From: Clostridia bacterium DTU025
Lineage (GTDB): Bacteria > Bacillota > DTU025
Direction of reading: 5' to 3'
Assembly (NCBI GenBank): GCA_001513145.1
Contig: LFSP01000007.1
Coordinates: forward strand, 1-32,000
DNA: 32,000 nucleotides
In this document: positions 17,522-25,284 of the stretch, one piece after another
Layout of the letters: every line of letters starts with the position of its first letter
How positions within the stretch are numbered: the first letter of the stretch is position 1
Made by a program: the position numbers and the translations under genes
Notes under the pieces: generated by a model
The model's database searches: none
What the model was told of the DNA's origin: nothing
Seen by the model: only the letters and a program-made list of their open reading frames with translations

Positions 17522-19339
17522 CTACGCGGGATCCGACTCGTCCAGAGAGCCCGCTACGATCTCTCCGTCCACCCAGGTGCTGCCCTCCACGAACCACTCG
17601 GTACGCACCCTGGTCACAGGCAGCTCCCTGTTGCCCGCGTCCTGCTCCGACCGCTCATCGCCTTCCTCGTTGGCACCCGCCTCGGGTGCACGCTGCGCCT
17701 CCTTCATCTCATCGGAGACCTCCACGGGCTTCGATCCCTTCTCCGTCTTCAGCGGCAGTCCATACTCCTCCGACATGAACGGGTCGTCGAGGAAATAGTG
17801 CTCCATGCGGACCACGATCTCGTCTCCCCTGGGAGCAGACGCCAGCTCCGCCAGGAGCTCATCGATGGGCAGGTACAGCAGGCGCTCCATCTCATCCTCG
17901 CCATCGTCCAAGTCGTCTTCGGTGGAGCCTCCCCCACTGATCAAGAACGACACCGGCCCTTCGATCATGTCTTCAGGGATCTGAACCTGGACCGCCCTGG
18001 TGACAAGCTCCCCGCGATACCGGCGCAGCTGCACCTCTATTTCGAACACGCCGCCCGGAGCCACTTCAGGGGTGAGGGCGCGGGCGCCCACTATCCTGGC
18101 GGTCCTCCTGCCCGTCTCCACCTGAACGTCCACGCTGATGGACCTGACCGATGCCTCCTCCGCGGCGTTGCCTACGATGAGGCCAAGGGCCCTCGCGGCG
18201 ACGTCTACCACCTCGTAGCAGATGTCGGAATCGCTCCACACCACGTCCGACCTGCGCAGAGGCTCGTGCCCGTCAAGCTCTATGACGTACTCGAGCTCCG
18301 CGGTGCCCGGTCCGATCCTGTCGATGGCCTGGTCGACTCCGCCCACTGCGACGGTGAAGAACAGGTCATCGATGAGCGGCTCAGAACTGGCGATCTTCGA
18401 GGACGTTATGACCGCCGCGCCGGTGTCGTCGCCCTTGACCGTGACGGTGACCGGGACCATCGAGGCTTCCCTGCCGGCGACTCCCGCCGCACCATACAGC
18501 CTGTCCTGAGTGAAGGCGCCGATCTCCTTGAGGGCAGACACGACCTTGAACGGCACCACGTCGCTCCTGACGATGGTGTGCACCGCGGCCCCGGAGGCCT
18601 GAAGGTCCACCTGGCCAGCTGTGAGCACCGGGTGGCCGAAGGCGAGGAACCTGTCGCCGTCAGTGTATGTGACCGTTCCGAAAAGCCCGGCCCCGACGTC
18701 CCCCGTGATGAGCTGCATCCCCACCATGGCGCCAGGCACCAGCCTGTACTCGGACTCCGCCTGAGGCTCTGCTCCGGGGCCGAACCCGCCGGCGGCAGGC
18801 ATGACCTTGAGCCCGCGCTGAGCCATGACGTCCGACAGGCGGCCAAGAGCCCTCGGCGATAGCCCGGACACGTACACGGTGCCTGAGGCGGCAGCGGCAG
18901 GCATCTCCTGCAATTGCGAATCGTCGGGGTACTCCAGCATCTTTAGCATGTCGCCGATGGGTGTGACCCCTGCGATGTAGTGGTCGCTGCTGGGGAACAC
19001 GTAGGCGACGGCGCCTATGAGTCTGCCGTCCACGTACACCGGGCTGCCGCTCATCCCTTCCGCGACGCCCCCGGCCTCCTCGATCCTTGGGCCAGATGCC
19101 CTCACCAGTATCAGGCTTCCCGGGCTCGAGCCCCTGGACAGCACCGCCACGATCTCCACATCGAATTGCTCCGGCTCAACCCCTCTGAAAACCGTGAGGC
19201 CGTAGCCTTTCATGCCCGGCGCAAGCTCGTCCACACCCATGGTAGGCGTCGACGCCGCAGCTTGCAGCGAGCCTGCTCCCAACAACAGTATCGCCATAAT
19301 CAGACAAGCGAGGGTCGTTCGAATCTTGAAATAACCCAC
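17522..19339 (-). CDS. SpoIVB-type S55 peptidase-domain protein
   Basis: GMKGYGLTVFRGVEPEQFDVEIVAVL, GGVAEGMSGSPVYVDGRLIGAVAYVFPSSDHYIAGVTPIGDML and GDRFLAFGHPVLTAGQ are S55-domain motifs. ORF opens at 19387; likely start is GTG at 19339 behind GGGAGGGG. Confidence 0.83.
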   Translation of the reverse strand: MGYFKIRTTLACLIMAILLLGAGSLQAAASTPTMGVDELAPGMKGYGLTVFRGVEPEQFDVEIVAVLSRGSSPGSLILVRASGPRIEEAGGVAEGMSGSPVYVDGRLIGAVAYVFPSSDHYIAGVTPIGDMLKMLEYPDDSQLQEMPAAAASGTVYVSGLSPRALGRLSDVMAQRGLKVMPAAGGFGPGAEPQAESEYRLVPGAMVGMQLITGDVGAGLFGTVTYTDGDRFLAFGHPVLTAGQVDLQASGAAVHTIVRSDVVPFKVVSALKEIGAFTQDRLYGAAGVAGREASMVPVTVTVKGDDTGAAVITSSKIASSEPLIDDLFFTVAVGGVDQAIDRIGPGTAELEYVIELDGHEPLRRSDVVWSDSDICYEVVDVAARALGLIVGNAAEEASVRSISVDVQVETGRRTARIVGARALTPEVAPGGVFEIEVQLRRYRGELVTRAVQVQIPEDMIEGPVSFLISGGGSTEDDLDDGEDEMERLLYLPIDELLAELASAPRGDEIVVRMEHYFLDDPFMSEEYGLPLKTEKGSKPVEVSDEMKEAQRAPEAGANEEGDERSEQDAGNRELPVTRVRTEWFVEGSTWVDGEIVAGSLDESDPA

Positions 19340-19379
19340 GGAAAAACCGCCCCCTCCCTGACGCCCCGCGTCCTTTCTA

Positions 19380-20351
19380 TCATACACTGACGGACGCGTT
19401 TGTCACCCGGGAAATCCCGCACTCGGCGATGGCGACCAGGCCCCTGGCCGCCGCGAGTTGAGGCTCAGGCGCGATGATACAGCTTATCCCTGCAGCCTCG
19501 CCGATCCTTGCCGCGCACGGGTACTGAAGCGCACCGCCTCCGGCGACGACGGCGCTGCGAGCCTCACATAGCAGGCCTGCAGCCTTCACCGCATCGGCGA
19601 TGGCGTCAGCCACGCCCTCCACCGCCTCGTCGATGAGCTCCACAGGAACGGACACATCCACCGGGAGCCGGGTCTCCACGTGCATCCCGCGGGCCGAAAG
19701 CTCGGCCTGGTTCGGGCTGAAACCGTTCCTGGCCTCCCGCACTCGCCTGGCTTCGCCTTGGCCGAGCCTGACCATCATACGCTCCCTGACCGCGAGCTGA
19801 AGGCGACGGTCCGCGCATTCCATGCCTGCGCGAACCGCAACGCTCCAGGCCGGGGAGCCCCCGCGTATCAGGGCGATGTCGGTCCGCCTGGCGCCTATGT
19901 CGACGACCAGGGTGTCGCCTGCTGGCGCGCCGGCGTCGACCCATATGGCCACGGTGGAATGAACGACCCCGGCCGGCATCAGGCCTGCGTCAGCCACAAG
20001 CTGAACCATGCTGCGCAGGCACAGCGGCCCGGGCGCTGAAGGCGCCTGCAGCACCGCTCTGGGCTTGGCCATGCGCAGGGTGCCGCACACGGTGCGAGCC
20101 AGGGCACTGAGGACGTAGAGGGCCAGATGGCGCTGGCCGCCATGGTGCCAGGGACCTACCGGAGCCAGGTAGTATCGATCGGGGCTCGCCTCAAACAGCA
20201 GGGCGGCACGGCGCCCCCAGGCCACAGGCCATCCTGACTCCACGTCGATGGCCACCACGGCAGGCTCCCAAACGACGACTCCGCGCCCGGGAGCAACTGC
20301 AACCACGTTCGCGGAGCCAAGATCCAGCCCGATCTCGAATTGTCGTCGCAT
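19380..20351 (-). CDS. Divergent MreB/Mbl-position actin/Hsp70-fold ATPase-like protein
   Basis: ATG at 20351 with RBS GGAGG. Phosphate-1-like GLDLGSANVVAV, phosphate-2-like LVVDIGARRTDIALIRG, adenosine-motif-like SAVVAGGGALQYP. Directly downstream of spoIIID. Confidence 0.68.
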   Translation of the reverse strand: MRRQFEIGLDLGSANVVAVAPGRGVVVWEPAVVAIDVESGWPVAWGRRAALLFEASPDRYYLAPVGPWHHGGQRHLALYVLSALARTVCGTLRMAKPRAVLQAPSAPGPLCLRSMVQLVADAGLMPAGVVHSTVAIWVDAGAPAGDTLVVDIGARRTDIALIRGGSPAWSVAVRAGMECADRRLQLAVRERMMVRLGQGEARRVREARNGFSPNQAELSARGMHVETRLPVDVSVPVELIDEAVEGVADAIADAVKAAGLLCEARSAVVAGGGALQYPCAARIGEAAGISCIIAPEPQLAAARGLVAIAECGISRVTNASVSV

Positions 20352-20370
20352 CGAGCCTCCTCCACATGCG

Positions 20371-20628
20371 TCAAGTGATCTTGCGAGCCTTGTACTTGCG
20401 TCGCGTGGCCTCCCCACCCCTGATGTGACGCTCTGCCTTGTTCTGGTCGAGGATGAGCTTCACCGCCGAGGCGAGCTGCTTGTTAATGGAAGGCAGCCTC
20501 TCCGTCACGTCCTTGTGGACAGTGCTCTTACTGACGTTGAACAGGCGGGCCGTCTGCCTGACCGTAGCCCTGGTCTGGAGCATGTGATCTGTGATCTCCA
20601 GTACGCGCCGACGGATGTGGTCCCTCAT
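20371..20628 (-). CDS. spoIIID: Sporulation transcriptional regulator SpoIIID
   Basis: 85 aa with diagnostic helix-turn-helix: ATVRQTARLFNVSKSTVHKDVTERLPSINKQLASAVKLILDQNKAERHIRGGEATRRKY. Confidence 0.95.
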   Translation of the reverse strand: MRDHIRRRVLEITDHMLQTRATVRQTARLFNVSKSTVHKDVTERLPSINKQLASAVKLILDQNKAERHIRGGEATRRKYKARKIT

Positions 20629-20715
20629 GCAGAGCCCGGCCTCCTCCCTGCCGTTTGGTAGATATGTATTCCAGCAAAGGAGGATTATTCACGCCACACG
20701 GGCTCACAGGTTGCG

Positions 20716-21333
20716 TCAGATGTGGTCGTCGGGGTTCTGCGGTTCGCCAGCCTGGATCAGCTTGAAATCCAGCACGGCGCGGCCCGGCTCCGACGGTAGT
20801 TGGCCCAATGGAGCGCCGGCTGACACGCGAACGCCGGGGGTGACCTCCACCTTCTCAAGCGGGCTGTAACATGTTTCAAAGTCGTTCGAATGTTTGATCC
20901 TGACCTCATACCCGCCGCTTGCTGCCGAAACGGCGTCCGCCGCCTTCACCGGCACCGCGTTCACCGCGTCCACCGTGCCGGCAGCTGAAGCCCTGACCGT
21001 GCTGGAGGGCGGGGCCTGTATCCTCACACCGTCCCTGTAGCGCCACTCGCCGGAAAGCAGATCCCTGTGCCATCCGAAGGCGCCCACCAGCGTCCCTTCC
21101 ACCGGCCAGGAGAACGCGGGCGGAGGTTCGTCCACCGAGGCGCCGGGCCCGAGCATGTCGGTAACGACGGTGGCCAGAGACTCCACGTCGGATTCAGGCG
21201 CGTCAGCCGTCTGCCGTGACCAGTAAGCCTCGTACGCCAAGCGGAGCGCGGCTCCCAGGAGCACACACGCCAGCGCCCCGGCCACCAGTCCCAGCGCGCG
21301 CCGGTTGAGCTTCCATTTTCTGAGCCGTATCAC
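20716..21333 (-). CDS. SpoIIQ-like degenerate LytM/M23-fold protein
   Basis: 205 aa, N-terminal TM, M23-like core (PVEGTLVGAFGWHRDLLSGEWRYRDGVRIQAPPSSTVRASAAGTVDAV... GYEVRIKHSNDFETCYSPLEKVEVTPGVRVSAGAPLGQ). Lies between spoIIID and spoIID, the canonical spoIIQ position. Confidence 0.78.
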   Translation of the reverse strand: MIRLRKWKLNRRALGLVAGALACVLLGAALRLAYEAYWSRQTADAPESDVESLATVVTDMLGPGASVDEPPPAFSWPVEGTLVGAFGWHRDLLSGEWRYRDGVRIQAPPSSTVRASAAGTVDAVNAVPVKAADAVSAASGGYEVRIKHSNDFETCYSPLEKVEVTPGVRVSAGAPLGQLPSEPGRAVLDFKLIQAGEPQNPDDHI

Positions 21334-21354
21334 AGTCCATCACCTCAGGTGGTA

Positions 21355-22362
21355 TTATTGCCCGAGGTTCTGTGATAATACGCGCTCCAGCGTCGCGCCG
21401 GGGTAATAATGCGCCAGGATCTGTTGGAAGGACCATCCCCGAAGGGCATAGGCGTGGGCTCCCCACTGGCACATGCCGACCCCGTGGCCGTAACCTACGG
21501 TGGTGAAGTGCACGGTGTCACCGGAGTTGGTCACCGTCATCGCGGTGGATCTCAGCGCCAGCGCCTTCCTGAGGTCGGTGGCTTTGACCACAGCGCCAAA
21601 CACCGAAAGGGTCTTCGCCCGATTGGTGGCCGTGGTGGACAACACCTGGACTCCGCCGGACATAGCAGGCACTGCCCCCTGCAGCAAGCCCGGCGCCGTC
21701 ATCGCAAGCAGATCCGACCTCTTCACAGATACCGTGTGGACCTGTGCAAACCCATACTCGGCGCAGACGCACCTCACCGCAACCAGGTACGGCACGCTCC
21801 TGCCCCAGACTTCCGATGCGTGCTCGGTGGCACCCCCGCAGCACGCGTGGTAGACAGAGTCGATGAGCTCGCCCCCATGCTTCAGGGCCAGCCCTGCGGT
21901 GGACCTTACCGCTTGGACCACTTTGACGACGTTCTTGACGTAGTCGGCGCTGCCCCACTGGAGCAGTAGCTCCTCCCTGGACTTCCACGCCTGACAGCAT
22001 CCGGGATCAGAACACAACACGGCGCCGCGGTGGCTCGCGGGCAGGTCCGCGGGCCCCGGAGCCGCGGAGAGCCGTCTGAGGGTGTAAGTGCGCGCAGCCA
22101 CGGCCTGGGCTTTGAGGGCCTCCACCTCGAAGGCCGCCGGCATCTCAGCGGCGACCACCCCCACCAGGTAGTCTTCAAGTGGAATACGAATAACGCTCCC
22201 TGAAGATTGGACGTGAAGCGACACGTAAAGCTCCCTACCGGCGGGGGGCTGCGGTGCTTTCACCAAGACGGCGATACCTGCGGGCAGGACCACGGTGACG
22301 AACGCGCAGACGGCCACAAGGACGTTTAGGCCCGCTCCTGACGAGCGGCTCCTTGTGGCCAT
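21355..22362 (-). CDS. spoIID: Stage II sporulation protein D (SpoIID)
   Basis: PLEDYLVGVVAAEMPAAFEVEALKAQAVAARTYTLRRL and VGYGHGVGMCQWGAHAYALRGWSFQQILAHYYPGATL. ORF opens at 22380; MATRSRSS start at 22362 preferred. Confidence 0.94.
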   Translation of the reverse strand: MATRSRSSGAGLNVLVAVCAFVTVVLPAGIAVLVKAPQPPAGRELYVSLHVQSSGSVIRIPLEDYLVGVVAAEMPAAFEVEALKAQAVAARTYTLRRLSAAPGPADLPASHRGAVLCSDPGCCQAWKSREELLLQWGSADYVKNVVKVVQAVRSTAGLALKHGGELIDSVYHACCGGATEHASEVWGRSVPYLVAVRCVCAEYGFAQVHTVSVKRSDLLAMTAPGLLQGAVPAMSGGVQVLSTTATNRAKTLSVFGAVVKATDLRKALALRSTAMTVTNSGDTVHFTTVGYGHGVGMCQWGAHAYALRGWSFQQILAHYYPGATLERVLSQNLGQ

Positions 22363-22470
22363 GCACAACACCTCCCGCAAGTGACGCCGTCCTAGATACT
22401 ATGCAGTCCGACGACGAAAAAGACGCCTCCACGAGGGAGGCGCCTCCACTGTGCTCGGATCTCGGAGGCT

Positions 22471-23730
22471 TCAGGCCTTCTCTATCCGCTCGATGTCGGC
22501 TCCGACTTGAGTCAGCTTCTCCTCAAAGCGCTCATAGCCACGGTCGATGTGGTAGACTTCTGACACTTCGGTGACGCCCTGAGCCACCAGGCCCGCAATC
22601 ACCAAGCAGGCTCCTGCTCTGAGGTCGGTGCATCTGACCTGGGCACCCGACAAATGCTCCTGGCCTTCGATCACCGCCGACCTTCCGTCGATCCTTATGC
22701 TCGCGCCCATACGGGCAAGCTCCGCCACATGCATGAACCTGTTCTCGAAAACCGTCTCAGTTATCACGGACATGCCGGAAGATACGCACATCAACGCCAT
22801 GAACTGTGCCTGCAGGTCAGTGGGGAAGCCGGGATATGGCATGGTCTTGACGTCCACGCCATCGGGGCGGCTGTCGGCCTGGACGGTGATGGAACCGTCC
22901 ACGTCTTCCACAACGTATACGCCGGCCTCTCGCAGCTTCGCGGTGATGGACTTCATGTGCTCGGGCACTGCGTTCTCAATGGTCAGGGCGCCCATGGTGG
23001 CGGCGGCTGCTATCATCAGGGTGCCAGCCTCGATCCTGTCGGGCACCACCATGTAGCTGGTGGGCTCCAGGGCTTCGACGCCCTCTATCCTGAGGACGTT
23101 TGTTCCGGCTCCCCTCACCCGGGCTCCCATGGCGTTCAGGAAGTTCGCCAGGTCCACCACCTCAGGTTCCTGAGCGGCGTTCTCGATAACCGTCAGCCCT
23201 TGGGCCAAAGAGGCCGCCATCATGATGTTTTCCGTCGCCCCTACGCTGGGGAAGTCAAGGTATATTCGGGCGCCTGAGAGCTTGTCTGCTCTTGCGCTGA
23301 TCTGGCCATAGCCCATCTCTATGTCAGCGCCCAGTGCCGAAAGCCCCTTGAGATGCAGGTCGATCGGGCGCGAGCCGATGGCGCAGCCCCCCGGCAGCGA
23401 GATCGTGACCCTGCCGGTCCTCGCAAGGAGCGGCCCCATGACCAGGAATGACGCGCGCATGGCCCTGACCAGGTCGTACGGGGGTTCGGTGCTATCGATG
23501 GAGGACGCGTCGATGCTGATGGTGCTGCCTTGGCGAGCTGTGGGGGTACCCAGCGCGTTCAGCACGCCACTCATGGTGTCGACATCCTTCAGGTGCGGCA
23601 CGTCCTCGATGGTAGACGCGCCTGGCGCCAGAAGCGCAGCGGCCATTATGGGCAGAGCTGCGTTCTTAGCTCCTCCAACCCTCACTCTGCCCTTGAGAGA
23701 CGCTCCGCCCCTGATAACGAGTGCCTCCAA
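22471..23730 (-). CDS. murA: UDP-N-acetylglucosamine 1-carboxyvinyltransferase MurA
   Basis: 419 aa: [30 protein letters not shown], active-site Cys motif [55 protein letters not shown]. Confidence 0.96.
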   Translation of the reverse strand: MEALVIRGGASLKGRVRVGGAKNAALPIMAAALLAPGASTIEDVPHLKDVDTMSGVLNALGTPTARQGSTISIDASSIDSTEPPYDLVRAMRASFLVMGPLLARTGRVTISLPGGCAIGSRPIDLHLKGLSALGADIEMGYGQISARADKLSGARIYLDFPSVGATENIMMAASLAQGLTVIENAAQEPEVVDLANFLNAMGARVRGAGTNVLRIEGVEALEPTSYMVVPDRIEAGTLMIAAAATMGALTIENAVPEHMKSITAKLREAGVYVVEDVDGSITVQADSRPDGVDVKTMPYPGFPTDLQAQFMALMCVSSGMSVITETVFENRFMHVAELARMGASIRIDGRSAVIEGQEHLSGAQVRCTDLRAGACLVIAGLVAQGVTEVSEVYHIDRGYERFEEKLTQVGADIERIEKA

Positions 23731-23795
23731 GTCCTTTCCCCCGTTCCACGTCGGCTATAGGCCGTGAGCTGGTATATCTCTCCCGGCCCTCACGT

Positions 23796-23825
23796 AGTGT
23801 AGCATCTAGCAGCAAGAATACACAA
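23796..23825 (-). promoter_or_regulatory. Candidate murA-side promoter (TTGTGT-N18-TACACT), ~66 nt upstream of the murA start
   Basis: Minus strand reads TTGTGTATTCTTGCTGCTAGATGCTACACTACG in a locally AT-richer stretch. Pattern match only. Confidence 0.3.
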
Positions 23826-24108
23826 CAGGCAATGCTATGAAATGAAACACCAGTTCAACAACTAAGTAACGGGACGCGTGCGACAGAGAGTGCACCGAGC
23901 GCATCTGCTGACGCCGACGGATGGGCGGTGATGCCATCCGGAGTAACCGGGATCCCCGTGTCTCGCGCGTGTACCGGCCTTCGGGCAGAGTGCCGTGCGT
24001 ATGCACGTCTGGAAATGCGTACATGCCCGGATGGACTGGCTTCGGGTGTGCCCAGGCGCTCTCCGAGGGGGTTCTCCTCGAGACAAAGGAGCAAGTGTGC
24101 TTCCTCGC

Positions 24109-24152
24109 CTCCTTCTGGAGGAGCACACCTCGATCTGCTCCTCCAGAAGGAG
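24109..24152. repeat. Perfect 17-bp inverted repeat, 10-nt loop (array copy 1)
   Basis: CTCCTTCTGGAGGAGCA (24109-24125) / TGCTCCTCCAGAAGGAG (24136-24152), loop CACCTCGATC. Confidence 0.95.
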
Positions 24153-24350
24153 GAGTACTCGAACTCTGACTGTGCCGGATCCGTGCGCCGCTCCGAACCA
24201 CCGAATCGACCAACGCCTCTAGCTGGATCTTTGGCGCAGCGCTATCGCGGCGTCGGATCCGCTTCGGTACGACTCACCCGCAAACGGTGCCTTCGGGATC
24301 TCCCCGAGGGGGGTTCTCCTCCAGAAAGAGGAGCAGATGCGCCTCCTCGC

Positions 24351-24394
24351 CTCCTTCTGGAGGAGCACACCTCGACCTGCTCCTCCAGAAGGAG
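24351..24394. repeat. Perfect 17-bp inverted repeat, 10-nt loop (array copy 2)
   Basis: CTCCTTCTGGAGGAGCA (24351-24367) / TGCTCCTCCAGAAGGAG (24378-24394), loop CACCTCGACC. Confidence 0.95.
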
Positions 24395-25284
24395 GAGTAC
24401 TCGAACTCTGACTGTGCCGGATCCACGCCCCGCTCCGAACCACCGAATCGACCAACGCCTCTAGCTGGATCTTTGTCGCAGCGCTGTCGCGGCGTCGGAT
24501 CCGCTTCGGTACGACTCACCCGCAAACGGTGCCTTCGGGGTCTCACCGAGGGGGGGTCTCCTCCAGAAAGAGGAGCAGATGCGCCTCCTCGCCTCCTTCT
24601 GGAGGAGCACACCTCAATCTGCGCCTCCAAACGGAGGAGTACTCGAATTCCGACGTTGCCGGATCCGCGCCCCGCCTCGGGCCGCCGAATCGACCAACGC
24701 CTCTAGCTGGATCTTTGTCGCAGCGCTGTCGCGGCGTCGGATCCGCTTCGGTACGACTCACCCGCAAACGGTGCCTTCGGGATCTCACCGAGGGGGGTTC
24801 TCCTCCAGAAGGAGGAGCAGATGCGCCGCCTCGCCTCCTTCCGGAGGAGCATACCTCAATCTGCGCCTCCAGAAGGAGGAGTACTCAGATTCCGACGGTT
24901 CCGGGCACACACCACGCCAAAGGCCGCGGAGTCGATCAGCGCCTCTAGCTACGTGTTTCTTTCAGCGCTCTCGCAGCGTCGGATCCGCTTCAGTGCGACT
25001 CACCCGCAAACGGTGCCTTCGGGATCTCACCGAGGGGGGTTCTCCTCCAGAAAGAGGAGCAGATGCGCCCCCTCGCCTCCTTCTGGAGGAGCATACCTCA
25101 ATCTGCGCCTCCAGAAGGAGGCGAGCTCGAATCACGCTGCCCCGTCGCGCCAGTGGCCCCACTGGCTCTCGCCGCGTTCCGCGCAGCAAGATCGACCCCG
25201 CGAGCAAACCTGCAGGCCCGCAGCCCCGCAGGCGCACCGGCCCTCTGCCCGCCGCTGGCCAGCCGCCGGCCGTCCAACACCCCT

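Larger units (their letters stand above)
24061..25130. repeat. Tandem array of a 242-bp unit, about 4.5 copies, noncoding
   Basis: The marker TTCTCCTC (or its one-mismatch equivalent) starts at 24072, 24314, 24556, 24798 and 25040, exactly 242 bp apart each time. CCTTCTGG/CCTTCCGG starts at 24111, 24353, 24595, 24837 and 25079, also 242 bp apart. Long shared stretches include CCAACGCCTCTAGCTGGATCTTTG and CGTCGGATCCGCTTCGGTACGACTCACCCGCAAACGGTGCCTTCGGG. Similarity ends shortly after CTCCAGAAGGAG at ~25120-25130. Confidence 0.96.

Noticed and set aside
17114-18862. 582-aa plus-strand ORF
   Set aside because: Antisense shadow of the TamB-like and S55 genes in GC-rich DNA; the minus-strand frames carry recognisable motifs, and this one is low-complexity H/R/P/G-rich with none.
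24061-25130. CRISPR array
   Set aside because: Period is 242 bp, with the whole unit conserved rather than short repeats separated by unique spacers; no cas genes nearby.
24061-25130. Intact transposon or IS element
   Set aside because: No transposase-like ORF, no clear terminal inverted repeats bounding the block and no obvious target-site duplication; a decayed MITE-like origin remains possible.
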